From Paraphysomonas bandaiensis (lineage: Eukaryota > Protista > Chrysophyceae): a DNA stretch of 61,662 bases. The stretch lies in NCBI GenBank assembly GCA_965644295.1, contig CBFFRP010000121.1, positions 1 through 61,662 of the forward strand, written 5' to 3'. The notes beneath the pieces are model-generated. The model was given only the letters and a program-made list of their open reading frames with translations, ran no database searches and was not told the DNA's origin. The position numbers were made by a program, and so were the translations under genes. This document shows positions 1 to 11,290 of the stretch, one piece after another. Numbering within the stretch: position 1 is the stretch's first letter; each line of letters opens with the position of its first letter.

Positions 1-1
1 C

Positions 2-439
2 TAAAATAGTGGGGTAATACTGGCTGTAATCATATCCAAAACATGGCCCTTGATATTGCTGACAGTACATTAAAGGTCCATTATTGCACTGTGACATATA
101 AAAGTGTTCTGCTTTTGTTACTTTACTAAATGTTATTTCCTTTACATTTTTAAACTTATTCTTTTTCATGCGTTTATATGTATTTCTCACTGCGTAAGAA
201 TGAGAAACATAATTAGAATAGTCTATAGTAAGAAAATTTTCAGGGTCCTTTAGTTCATCGCACCACTTTTTAAAATCCTCTGCGTATCTTTTTAAGTCTT
301 CATCAGTTGGTTCATATCCTTTCATTAATTCAAAGCTGTGATGTTCACTAGGATATTTATTTATGGTCTTAAATTCTTTAACGCTTGTGTCAAATATTCT
401 AAAACCGGAAAGCAAACGACAAAATAATATATAGCTCAT
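2..439 (-). CDS. Family B DNA polymerase-like protein, N-terminal part (open at window edge, absent from ORF track)
   Basis: Manual translation from ATG 439: MSYILFCRLL...MSQCNNGPLMYCQQYQGPCFGYDYSQYYPTIL. YDYSQYYPTIL resembles PolB motif A (DxxSLYPSI), preceded by a YxGG-like segment (NNGPLMY). Confidence 0.55.
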   Translation of the reverse strand, partial: MSYILFCRLLSGFRIFDTSVKEFKTINKYPSEHHSFELMKGYEPTDEDLKRYAEDFKKWCDELKDPENFLTIDYSNYVSHSYAVRNTYKRMKKNKFKNVKEITFSKVTKAEHFYMSQCNNGPLMYCQQYQGPCFGYDYSQYYPTIL

Positions 440-469
440 TAATATATACTATATATTATTTTTTAAATA
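437..469 (-). promoter_or_regulatory. Conserved viral upstream motif, copy 1 (TTTAAAAAATAATATATAGTATATATTA-ATG)
   Basis: Near-identical to 860-893 and 1147-1181, each abutting an ATG. Confidence 0.7.
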
Positions 470-529
470 TTTAATTTTTTAATTTTTTAATTATTTATTT
501 TTCCATAAAAACAGGAGTTAACGTATGGA

Positions 530-862
530 TCATGTCGTAGACATGAACACCGTTATATCAATAAATTCAAACTTCTCAAATTTCTCAGTATTCTTGACTG
601 AGCTTTTATAATAGTCATCAAAATCCTGCACGTTCAGCTGGTAACTAGTATACCCTTTAAATGTAAAGTATCTATGACCATTTAACGCTCTAACCATTAT
701 ATTGGCATCTTCTGGTAAGTTTTCCTCAACCATATTATATAAAAAGTGCATATCAGGAACGTCTAATTCTTTACCTTTCTTTCTGTGTCTGAATCTGGTC
801 GTAATTTCAACTGAGTTTTTAAAGTCCTTCTCATCAATCTTATAAAACTTATATTTGTCCAT
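530..862 (-). CDS. Hypothetical viral protein (110 aa)
   Basis: Intact ORF preceded by the conserved motif, within the viral block. Confidence 0.7.
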   Translation of the reverse strand: MDKYKFYKIDEKDFKNSVEITTRFRHRKKGKELDVPDMHFLYNMVEENLPEDANIMVRALNGHRYFTFKGYTSYQLNVQDFDDYYKSSVKNTEKFEKFEFIDITVFMSTT

Positions 863-893
863 TAATATATACTATATATTAATTTTTTAAATA
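860..893 (-). promoter_or_regulatory. Conserved viral upstream motif, copy 2
   Basis: + strand cattaatatatactatatattaattttttaaata, directly upstream of ATG 862. Confidence 0.7.
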
Positions 894-894
894 A

Positions 895-1149
895 TTAAAT
901 TTTTATTTTTTTAATATCATAATTATTTATATTATTAATATCATAAATTTTTATTCTGTTAATCAGTCGCTTTAATGATGGATGTAAGTATTTACATGTT
1001 GTACGTGACTCACATAAAGCGTTAAGTTTCCTAGCTTCTGAATATTGTATATCGTATTCCTGTGCTATTGCTTTATAGGATGTAAAGTGTTGTGATGTAA
1101 TCAGATTATTATTATTATCATATATTTCTACTATAAATTTATCTCTCAT
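895..1149 (-). CDS. Small viral protein, possible NUMOD1/HTH-like DNA-binding domain
   Basis: VEIYDNNNNLITSQHFTSYKAIAQEY resembles the NUMOD1 pattern; preceded by the conserved motif. Confidence 0.55.
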   Translation of the reverse strand: MRDKFIVEIYDNNNNLITSQHFTSYKAIAQEYDIQYSEARKLNALCESRTTCKYLHPSLKRLINRIKIYDINNINNYDIKKIKI

Positions 1150-1181
1150 TAATATATATTTATATATTAATTTTTTAAATA
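1147..1181 (-). promoter_or_regulatory. Conserved viral upstream motif, copy 3
   Basis: + strand cattaatatatatttatatattaattttttaaata, directly upstream of ATG 1149. Confidence 0.7.
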
Positions 1182-1197
1182 AATTATTTTTTATTTT

Positions 1198-2586
1198 TTA
1201 AATATTTATTCCGTAAGTTTTCATTATATCTTTCACTGTCTTCTGACTTACACGGGGTGTTTCATCTTCATCATCATCTTCATCTGTATCTTCATCTTCA
1301 TGTGTATCATCATCTGTATCTTCATCTGTTTTATCGCTGATCTGTGTTTATCATTTGATCTAAGCTTTTTAATAGCGCTTGTAATGGTATTTGTATTGCA
1401 ACGTTTTTTAATTGTATCTTTAATATTATATTCTACATCAGGGCCATCATCATATTCATCTAATTCATGAACCCAATGTAAAGATTCAGAAACTTTATTT
1501 AATTCGTCTAATGTAACATTGTACACATTACGCCTATCTTTATTCTTTTTGTGAATAAAATTTAATTCACTCATGACCTTATTAAAATCAATTGTATGTT
1601 TAACTGGTTTAATATTATTTTGAGTACAATACTGGATATAATGGTTAAATATTTCTTTAACAAGTATATTATTTATATCCAATCTCTTTAATACAAATTC
1701 ATCCTTTAAAAACATTTCAACGCTTCCCAATCTCTTTGCGTATGCGTCTAACTTGTTTTTTGTGATGGGAAAATTTTGACTATAAAATTTTTCTGTGTTG
1801 TATTCCATTAAATAACAGTAAAAAGCATGTCCTACCTCGTTATTAAAGCATAGATTACGTAGCCATCCAAAATATTTTAAGTCATTACGTTTTTTACAAC
1901 AAACATCACAAATAAAATACCTTCTTCCGCATTCCTCATTTAAACTATAATTTGCATTAATTAAATAATTATTAATATTTGCAGCCTGATATGTTGACTC
2001 ATGCTTTTGATTTATTATATAAACGTCGCTCGTCGTATATCGTTTTAATTTGGTATTGATTGCGTCCCAATCAGCCCTGCTTTGTTTTTCTAATTCTTCA
2101 AAATATACAAATAATTTACCTCCTAGATCTGAATTAAATTTAGATGTCAATACGTCCGCGCCAGCCTCTAAACACAGGTCACGGCCAAGTACGTAAGTAT
2201 TCATAAATAGGGATATGGTTGATTTACCTATGCCCTGAGGACCTTTTAAAAATATAATGGATTCATTTTTATTACCCTTTGTCATATTGTGCAAACCACT
2301 TTAATAAATATTCATATTGTGCCTGATCATTGGATGCCAATATTTCTTTAATATATGATAAAAACGCCTGTACACCTTCCTTACTCTCATCATCAAAATC
2401 TTCATATGGTTTATAGTCATGTGCAAACTGAGCGGCTAAATTTAGTTTCTTTTTATCAGGGAATATACCTTTACCAAGCTCATAAACTATTTCACGAAGG
2501 TTTTTAAATTCAGTGAAATAATATTTGCTATAACCGTTTATCCATTCTGTTAAAATACGTTTCTTTAATTTTTTTGTGTTCCACAC
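1198..2586 (-). pseudogene. SF3/D5-like (DUF5906-type) primase-helicase, 5'-truncated and frameshifted
   Basis: Walker A GPQGIGKS, FNSDLGGKLFVYFEE (Walker B region), NNYLINAN, GRRYF. Apparent frameshifts near 2530 (YFNRMDKRL/SKYYF), 2290 (LKWFA/NMTKG) and 1345 (into an acidic tail TDEDTDD...GINI*, stop 1198-1200). Confidence 0.75.
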
Positions 2587-3100
2587 TGACTATGTTTGCG
2601 GCTCACGTTAGTTTCCCAGAGAGAATCTCTCCGGTACTTATACCCCAGAACACCACGAAAAGGTGCGAGTCCGACTTTGTTGAGGGCACCGCTCATAATA
2701 GATAGTGTGGAGCTCCCTTAATTACTAATTTAGTTAAATAACAGACTACGAATTGTATCTACTTCTCGCTCTCCACTGGCACATCAGGATCTACTTGTAG
2801 GGCTTCATGGAGGGCATAAGCACCCCACAGCATGTAATTGTCTCGTAGGTATAGCAATGATTCTAGACGACATGGACTCAGGCACTCAGGTGTCAATCAA
2901 CTCTGAACGTCTAAAGAGCCTCTCAATAACAACATTAGATTGTGCTTCGATAAAAGTCTTATTATTAGCAGTAGGATAAGTAGTTAGATGAAGAGTAGTC
3001 GGGTTAGATCGACCTCTACCAGTAACAACTAGCACAAATTTTCATATCCTACTATTTAACGCTACATAAGTTGCTTGTGCGTCGCCGCAAGCATCAAAGT
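2587..3100 (+). repeat. Dispersed repeat family A segments (2587-2680 and 3001-3100) abutting the viral helicase
   Basis: 2587-2680 matches 23519-23582 plus 37604-37640 and 55650-55711. 3045-3100 matches 23220-23280 and the reverse complement of 45050-45105. Confidence 0.7.
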
Positions 3101-4179
3101 ATAATCACTTCCGTTCTCGTGTGTGAAGGAGAAGCTCTCTGCGGACGTTAGTCTTTGAATTACAGAGGGATCAGTCAGGAGGTCGCCCCTTAGGATAGGG
3201 CTCCTCAGGATTTTTTGGAGGAGGATTCTGTATCAGTGAGTCAAGTGTTCTTAACCTGAGATACATGGACGAGAGGGTATGTTGGGGTTCCTGCGTGTCG
3301 TTGAATGACTTTAGCTGTGAGTTGGGCCTGGGACAGAGGAGTAGCTGATGGAGTCGGCATCGTGGCGTTTCTGCTGAGGCGGGGGGAGTGGAAGAGGAAT
3401 GAAGGCAATATCAGAGGGGCGCGTTACGTCTCCGCTTATTTACGCGTAGTAAGCGAAGAACCCATGACTTCCGCTGGGTGTTGCTCGATTTAAATAGTGT
3501 ATTGCTGTATTTTGGGCGCGAGCTGGGGGGAAAAGTGCCGACGCGGGCGGCTCCGCCATGCACTGCTTTGTAATTATGTTGCTTCGTGTGTGTCCACGTC
3601 GCTGACGCGGCCTAGAGAGGAGTCGCTGTTTTACAGCATTTAAGTAGAAATGGTAAAGAAACTATTCTATTTGTGGTATTAGGGTTAGAGACAACAAAAA
3701 ATATTAATTTATTATAATTTTAAGTCTCATAGGATGTAACAGAAGCGTATTTTTGCTTACCAGCAACCACGTTTTCTGCCCTCATACTACCACTGTCAAT
3801 CCATAGATCATCATGATGAGCGAAATAGGTGTACTTGCCAGCAGTCATTGCCGTACTTGTATAGCTACATAGTTTCCAGCCACTAGTGATTAAAATATAC
3901 AACTTAAGTACGATTATTAATATATTACATGATATAACTTTTTTTCACTGTATGAACAACACACCGTAAAAGTCCATGAATATTTATCACTTTCTCACAC
4001 ACATTGAACTGTAGTTCACCCCATTACTATCACACAACTAATACATGTGATACACAACTGACTCTCGGTACAAGATGAGCCTCTTGCGTGCACTCGGATA
4101 TGATATGCCGGACGTGAGTATACGTTTCATGACTCTGGCAACATCAATTTCACAGAACGTGTTATTTTTGTGGCCTTTA

Positions 4180-4530
4180 TCAGGTGGTCAACCTCCAACC
4201 ATTCACCCCCTGCAACCGCGTCTGCTATATGTATGTAAATACCTTTGTCTTTTTGTACGTCCATTGAGATTCATCAGGCGTATGACGCTCAGGGTGTGAG
4301 CGGACCCAATTAATGTTCCTCTTGGTGCACGTTTTGGTTGTCGCGATGCTCTCATAGAAGATTCCTTTAGCACGATGTCCAAAAGTGCGCGTCGTCGCTA
4401 GGAGTGTGCTTACCCAGTACCCAACAAGCAGACAGCCTTGCACTCTGTACTGATAGAAATGTGGGCAGGAGCACGTGAGGATAGTATGAGTGCTGTGACA
4501 ACTGAACGTGTATTGCAGCTCCTTTCAGCC
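4180..4530 (-). pseudogene. Degenerate retroelement RNase H fragment (non-LTR-like)
   Basis: Across frameshifts: VVTALIL...ISISTECKAV...INWVRSHPER...WTY...YIADAVA, the order expected for RNase H motifs. Confidence 0.4.
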
Positions 4531-4854
4531 TCTAGGCTTTGGGAAAAAGTATACTTTAAAGAATATTTTCTATAAGCAAAATATATATGCATATTTTTAA
4601 TGCTTTATTAGAGTTTTTGAATATTAGTACATTCTTATGTTGTTCCTCAGGAAACTATTTATAGCATTAAGTTTGCCGCTGATAATGAACAAAGTTACCA
4701 CAAAGTAGCAGTAGCGTTGCATGAACATTGTTTAGACTTCACTCAGTTCTATACATAGCACATATCAAGTACCAGTACATGTCATTAATGGGATGCCATT
4801 AATGGTAGTCCAGTTCTCGGCAATTATAAATTATAATGGCATTAATGAATGCTA

Positions 4855-5180
4855 GAATTGGACATTTCACTGAAGTTAGCTTTGCTCTACACGTAAACCT
4901 TAATCTTGCTATCTATGTTGAACACAATGCACTTTCAAGTAAGAAATTATAATTATTATTCAGAACACTTCACTACATATTCGTGTAACATCTGGTAAAA
5001 CATTTGTTCTCAGCTACATCTGTTTATCATATGTTCATCAGTCAGTTCTATATCTTGTATATAGTCACACATCAGTAACTGAATTTAATTCCTTTGTACC
5101 TATAATCACCCGTTAAACCTATGAGTTGACTTCACCTATTGCACACTATTAACTCACTTCAATTGCACAATATATATCAC
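4855..5180 (+). repeat. Dispersed repeat family B (probable DNA transposon relic)
   Basis: Diverged reverse-complement copies at ~15950-16240 and 55346-55476; flanked by repeated CCATTAATGG-like palindromes (4780-4850, 5225-5286). Confidence 0.7.
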
Positions 5181-5434
5181 ATCATATTGCAGAACTCAAC
5201 AATGAAAAATATCTCAGCTATTATAACGGCATTACCATTAATGGCCATTTAGCAATGCCATTACCATTAACGGCTACCAGACCCTGTTATATTGCTACAT
5301 CATTGCTGGGCCGGTTAGTGAAAGTATCGTTGGGAAGCTAGCTTACATTGCTTAATAACAAAAGCAAAAGTAAACAAATACTTATAGTACGACGTTGTAT
5401 AAATAACTGAGCAATGATTCAAAATGCATATATA

Positions 5435-7285
5435 CTACTCGGAATAATTTTTGCTATACCCTAGTCCACCTACTCCAGGATTCATAGCATTAGTAGGATC
5501 CATTTTCTTCCACCGCTCCTGTGTCTGTTGCGGCGCTGCGTACTCCGTGCCGTGTCCATGCTCAGCAGGAAGCATACCACCAACACTCTCAATCTCTTGT
5601 TTTATCTTGTCTTTGCACTCTGCTATGTTTGCCGAGGTACTAAAAGCAATATCTTCGTGAACAACGTTACATCCAAAATGAGCATATCGCATGCGTACAA
5701 GAGGCGCATTTCTTCCTGTAAGCCCCTGAAGAGGTGGACATGCTTCGTCGTTCTTGCGTAGCGCATAGTCGAGAGAGAGGCCTTGTGTACCTTCACCAAC
5801 ACACCACGTCCGAAACGCCGGTGCGGCAGCAAATCTAAAGTACGTCACCTTTCCGACTTCCTCGTCGCTACACATATATAACTTGGCCGTGGGATGGCGT
5901 TTACAAAATTCATTGAGTAGTTGCTCAGTCCTTTTCAGATTCCCTGTACCGAACTCTCCTAGATTTATGAGCAAATGGTGGTCGAACTGTTTACTAATTT
6001 CTCTAATTTTCGGCGGTAAAGAAGGCGGAAGGAGGTTATTTATGCAATACAGAAAATTGTCGGGTAAAGTATCGCAGAACGGTAGCGGCAGGCTTTCTAC
6101 CCAAATCTTTACGTTCCACAGCACCGATAAGCTTCCTCCTATTCCAAGCTTCTGAATAGCAAAGCAAAGGCCCCGCCCAGCTCGGTCCACCACATCCACT
6201 GTATCACGGTCCATATACTCACACGAGACCGGCAAATCTTCAGGACTAACCATGAGCACCAGCTTCTTAAGCGCTTGTGCTTGTTCCAAAGATTCACAGG
6301 CCACCCACAGTGTCCGTCGCTCCGTGGGCACAGGAAAAGTGTCATGTAGAGAGGCAAGAACCATTACCTTACCCTCACAACGACACGGGTCAATACCACG
6401 AAGATCAGCATTATACCTGGAAACGTCATCGTCTAGTTTACATACTTGGGAGGCGTACTGAGAGTCATGCGCCGAACCAAGAGAGTTGTGGTGCAATTCA
6501 GTTGAAGATACCTCACCAATGTTCAGTCTATGTAGTAATTCTTCCTCAGATTTCGCCTGTAAACCCAGCGTATTCACTATTTCTACAGTACCCTCTGAGG
6601 TAACGCGACACCATACAGCGCGCTCTGTATACGCAGGTCCTTTGCGAATCTGTGTTCCTCCTGACCCGAATGCTACTCCGGCAGCAACTGACGGGTTTAG
6701 GAATATAGACCCCAGGACCGAATGAGACTCTCTCCCCCGTGCTGCAGCAGCTTTAGATAAATCATATATTCCTGCTCCAGCAAGACAGAGCATCTGATCA
6801 CCCACTGGGTGAATAGAATCGATGCGAGACATATTCATCACAACGGTGGGACGGGCACATTCACTACGCGGTACAGATCCACCAGTGAGACCTGTATTCT
6901 TTCCTTGGGGAATAATAACCACATCAGCTTCCACACATGCACGTAGTGCATCCACTGCTTCTTTCAGACTCCCAGGACGACACACAGCCAGGGCATCACC
7001 CTTGCCTATCCGAGCCCCAGTAGTAAACATAGCTTGCTTATTATGCTGAGTAATAACATTGTTCTCACCCACAATACGTTTCAAAGTATCTGGTAACAAT
7101 GTTTGTGGGGCAGATAGAGATACACTAGAGTCGCAACATGCTTCACCGTCTATACATGACCTCGGCAACCCACTGGGTAACTCACGAGATGAACGACTCC
7201 GCTCTGTATTTACACCCCACGCATATCCCGCAGCAAGACATGATGTACCCAATAGAATATGCTTTCCTAGTCTAGAAGGAAACAT
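5435..7285 (-). CDS. dld: FAD/quinone-dependent D-lactate dehydrogenase, bacterial Dld type, with N-terminal targeting extension
   Basis: QGKNTGLTGGSVP, GRESHSVLGS, RKGPAYTE, RYNAD, EYMDRD, HFGCNVVHED, PAEHGHG, DPTNAMNPGVG parallel E. coli Dld motifs; single exon. Confidence 0.85.
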   Translation of the reverse strand: MFPSRLGKHILLGTSCLAAGYAWGVNTERSRSSRELPSGLPRSCIDGEACCDSSVSLSAPQTLLPDTLKRIVGENNVITQHNKQAMFTTGARIGKGDALAVCRPGSLKEAVDALRACVEADVVIIPQGKNTGLTGGSVPRSECARPTVVMNMSRIDSIHPVGDQMLCLAGAGIYDLSKAAAARGRESHSVLGSIFLNPSVAAGVAFGSGGTQIRKGPAYTERAVWCRVTSEGTVEIVNTLGLQAKSEEELLHRLNIGEVSSTELHHNSLGSAHDSQYASQVCKLDDDVSRYNADLRGIDPCRCEGKVMVLASLHDTFPVPTERRTLWVACESLEQAQALKKLVLMVSPEDLPVSCEYMDRDTVDVVDRAGRGLCFAIQKLGIGGSLSVLWNVKIWVESLPLPFCDTLPDNFLYCINNLLPPSLPPKIREISKQFDHHLLINLGEFGTGNLKRTEQLLNEFCKRHPTAKLYMCSDEEVGKVTYFRFAAAPAFRTWCVGEGTQGLSLDYALRKNDEACPPLQGLTGRNAPLVRMRYAHFGCNVVHEDIAFSTSANIAECKDKIKQEIESVGGMLPAEHGHGTEYAAPQQTQERWKKMDPTNAMNPGVGGLGYSKNYSE

Positions 7286-7437
7286 TGGTAAGTAAGGAAT
7301 GTGCTTACCGCGACATAGTCACCCAGTGTAATAATAAACTAGACCACTTGTAATATACATACATGTATATGACCCTATTCATGATGGATACTATGAAATA
7401 CCCTGCATATATATTATACAAACCGTATAAGGTCAGT

Positions 7438-7556
7438 ATGGACGGTCATACAATGCAAACCGCACCCGCTCTCGTTCCGCTCGCGGAAGTTAAGTTGCAT
7501 CTGGCCCGGTTAGTAGTACGGTGGGTGACCACGTGCGAAGTCCGGGTACTGTCCGT
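7438..7556 (+). rRNA. 5S rRNA: 5S ribosomal RNA gene
   Basis: 119 nt; 5' ATGGACGG pairs with 3' CTGTCCGT; conserved GAAGTTAAG and TTAGTAGTACGGTGGGTGACCACGTGCGAA; followed by an oligo-T terminator. Confidence 0.93.
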
Positions 7557-7885
7557 TTTTGCTTGTATATAATATATATTTTTTTGCTCGTCGGTTGGTG
7601 GGTGTATGTCTGAAAGTATTGTGATTGGCTACCACGAAATTCGCAATAAACTTTGACTTCATTCCACATATACTCCAATGCTGCGTTAAATATATACCGT
7701 GAATATATGCATAGTGCATAGGCCATATACTGTATAATCACATACTCTCATAGTAACACTATACTTAACTATTACTCCCATATTACACAATATGTAAACA
7801 TTGATATCTATTATTCACTCAATTGAAGTGTATTTGAATTATTCTTCTACTTATCTTTGTATTGATTTGATCAGTAGCATATATA

Positions 7886-10808
7886 ATGGGTGTGCCTAAA
7901 TATTATCGTTGGCTAAGTGAGAGATATCCTCGTATCAATCAATTAATTGAAGATGATTCAGTATTACCTGAAATTGATCACATGTATTTTGATATGAATG
8001 GAATCATTCATTTGAGTTCACATTCAAATGATGATAACACTCTAGCTGCTCCTGTAACAGAAGAAGAAGTTTTTGAGAATATGAAATTATTTCTTGATCG
8101 TTGTATATCTAAAATGATTAAGCCTAAAGTATCTGTATATTTTGCGGTTGATGGTGTGGCCCCGCGTGCAAAATTAAATCAGCAACGTGGCCGTAGATTT
8201 CGTGCGGGGCGTATGAGGTATCATTATCTTAATTACTGCTAAGATGAGATCATGACTTATACGTGTAGGAATGACATCGTTAATTCCTCGATGAAGGAAT
8301 TGGATACCGACTATATTGATTCATTTGACTCTAACTGTATTACCCCTGGTACGGCCTTCATGTCTGCTATTGACAAGTACATGAAGCAGTACATTGCGGA
8401 TAGGTTGCGCGGTGATGACCCTGTGTGGAAGGGTTTGCAGGTAAATGCGTATAATTCCGTCTTGTTTGCTGTATGTTAGAGTGTGCTAGGTGATTTATAG
8501 TGGAAGCGATTCGCCGGGTGAAGGAGAGCACAAAATCATGCAGCACATTAGGCGAGCTCGTTCAAGGAAAGACTACATGGCGAATCAGCGCCACTGTGTA
8601 TATGGGCTGGATGCCGATCTCATCATGCTGGGATTGGCAACTCATGAGCCACATTTTACTATCCTACGGGAGGTTGTAGAGTTTCAGGCAAGCAAAGACA
8701 GCTCTTCTAACTCGACTTCAGGACAAGACACTGACAGGGATGCTTCGCCTGCCCCACCTGTGTTGTCAACTGCTCCTATGCAGCTATTGCATCTTTCTGT
8801 GCTTCGTGAGTACATTGAAGTGGAATTTGCAGACTTAGGCATGGATGTTCGTCTCGACAGAGAGAGACTCATAGACGACTTTATTTTTTTGACATTTTTG
8901 GTCGGGAATGACTTTATACCGCACCTTCCTTCACTGTATATTGGAGAGAATGCGTTTGATGTCATTTTTGATGCCTATAAACTTCTTCATTCTGCTGGAA
9001 ATATTGGATATATAGTAGAAAATGGCGAAATATCTGACTTTGACAGGCTTGAAAAGCTTTTCCGTATCATCGGGGAGCAAGAGGTGAATCTACTTCGGAA
9101 GAGGGACCAGAGGCAGAGGGCATTCCTGCGTGGGCAACGATCAGGTAGAATACGCGATCTAAATGAGTGCATTAAGCAACCAGATGAAATGCGAGCGGAT
9201 TGGGCCGAAGTCTCTGATGTAAGCTCTTCTGATTCGGGGGAGAGTGAAGAAATTAGCGACATTGAGGGACAAGAGGATCAAGATAGTGACAGTTTGGTGA
9301 CTGTAGTTGGGGCGGAGACGACTGACAAATCCATGGAGCTGAGCTTCACACGTCCTACATCCTCGTCCTATATGATAGATACCGGGAGCATCGTCAATTC
9401 GCAAAATATTAATGATATAGATCTGGGTGACGTCAGTAGTATTGATTACCGCGAGCACCATTACAAATTAAAGTTCGGGGTGATTCCTGGTGTGACTCCA
9501 GGTGCAGATGAGTTTCTTTCTCAGTTGACTGAAGAATACCTAAAAAGTCTTATGTGGTGTCTCGCGTACTATACAAAGGGATGTATAAGCTGGTCATGGT
9601 ATTATCCGTACTGCTATGGGCCTATGGTTATCGACATGACTGGTCTAGCTACGAAAGCACGAAACATTGACTTTGAACTCGGGCAACCGTTCCTTCCTTT
9701 TCAGCAGCTGTTAGGGTGTTTGCCCCCCACCTCTAAGAATTTGTTACCATCATCTTATGGGTGGATCATGACCAGCGATAACTCCCCACTCAGGGACCTC
9801 TATCCTGAGGATTTCGTTGAGGACCTGGATGGGAAATTCTTTCATTGGGAGGCAGTAGTAATTCTACCATTTATTGATGCCAAGAAACTTATGGAAGTTG
9901 AGAAAGAATATTGCAGTGCCGACTTGTTATCTCCAGATGAAAAGGAAAGGAATAGCTTTGGTAATGCTGGCCTCTTTTCCGCAACTGTATCTCGCCGTGG
10001 CGAACGCATAGTAAAGCGAGTAGAAATCGAGAATGATTTCAACCCTTGTCAACCCTTTGCCAGTGAGCTCCTACCAGGAACACGCATACCTTATCATGGT
10101 TTTCCAAGTCTACGTGGTCTACCCATAAAATACACTGCTATGAAAATGCTACAGTATACATACGGTTACGGTATGCGTTATAAGACGCTGGTCCTGGGTA
10201 TTAATAACAGTCCATGTACAATCGGGCGGAAACATCCGAGTCAGCTGGTGGGGAGACGGGTCTTCGTGAACTACCCTCTCATGCACGAAGCTAAAGTGAT
10301 TGCTGTGAGCACAAAGTCAAGTTACTATATTGGCAAAGAGGCAGAGACAAATTACGGAGATGGTGAGGCGGGAGCACCACTCCCAGCGGTGCAACAGGTA
10401 CATCACAGTAAACAGGAGATAAAAGACTGGGTCCATAAGTCCGCGCTAGCAGAGCAATCACACATGAAGGGGTCAGGTGTCGTGGGTTCGTCCGGTATGG
10501 CTATTGGACGAATTAGAACTAGGCTTATTGTGGCCCCTGTAGTTGGATCTGTAAGAAATCCTGTTACTGGGAAGATGGAAAAGGTATACGGGGATAAAGA
10601 GATTGAAGTTCCTCTTCAATTGGTCAGATGGAAGAATCCAGCCCATTTACATGGAGCGAATGACAACCCTTCCCGAAAAAAAATGTATAATTCTCGGTCA
10701 TACTGTACTTTTATTCCACGTTCCTTAAGAATGCAACAATATGAATATAGTTCTCCTTCTAGATTATTGAGTAGATCTGCTAAATTTGCTAGTCGTTTCG
10801 TAAAATAA
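7886..10808 (+). CDS. XRN1: 5'-3' exoribonuclease, XRN1/XRN family (exons ~7886-8217, 8269-8440, 8490-10808)
   Basis: MGVPKYYRWLSERYP, DMNGIIH, AVDGVAPRAKLNQQR, FDSNCITPGT, PGEGEHKIM, YGLDADLIMLGL, GNDFIPH; GT-AG introns. Subfamily assignment tentative. Confidence 0.88.
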
Positions 10809-11290
10809 ATAGCACTGAATGAATAAGACTTTATTATTTATATCAGAATGCTCTTATAACGCTAACCTGTTTTCCTTGACACCAAATAATGAGGATGAAG
10901 AAGATGATGACTCTGAGAATCTAGTTCAGAATGGCGACGCAGCGCAACGTTAGATTGATTGTAGCAGGCAACGGAAGTAAGCACGTCTTAATCAGCTAAC
11001 TCTTTACAGCAGCATGAAGCACTTGCATACCACAACCAATAGGGAGCAAAGGTTGTTTAGTAGCTAAGATTGTTATGGCTTATGGCTGATATGCGCAAGA
11101 GTATTGCTTACTTTTTTCCACATGAGGCATGAGCCGTCGCGTCCGGAAAGAAATGACAGTTGAGGTACCTATATTGGCAGCTAATGTAGTTTAGTATTAC
11201 ATAATTGAAATTGAGACAGCAAGTAACAATTGCAATTATAATAGACTTCAACCTGCGTCAATTAATAGATACGCAGCCCTGGTGAGTATG

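Larger units (their letters stand above)
1..2586 (-). mobile_element. Endogenous DNA virus fragment (Polinton-like virus/virophage-like), continues beyond window start
   Basis: Markedly AT-rich, with intronless, tightly packed co-oriented ORFs (SF3 helicase, PolB-like, small ORFs) and a shared upstream motif. Abrupt junction at ~2587 with a host dispersed repeat. No capsid gene in the window, so the class is inferred. Confidence 0.7.
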
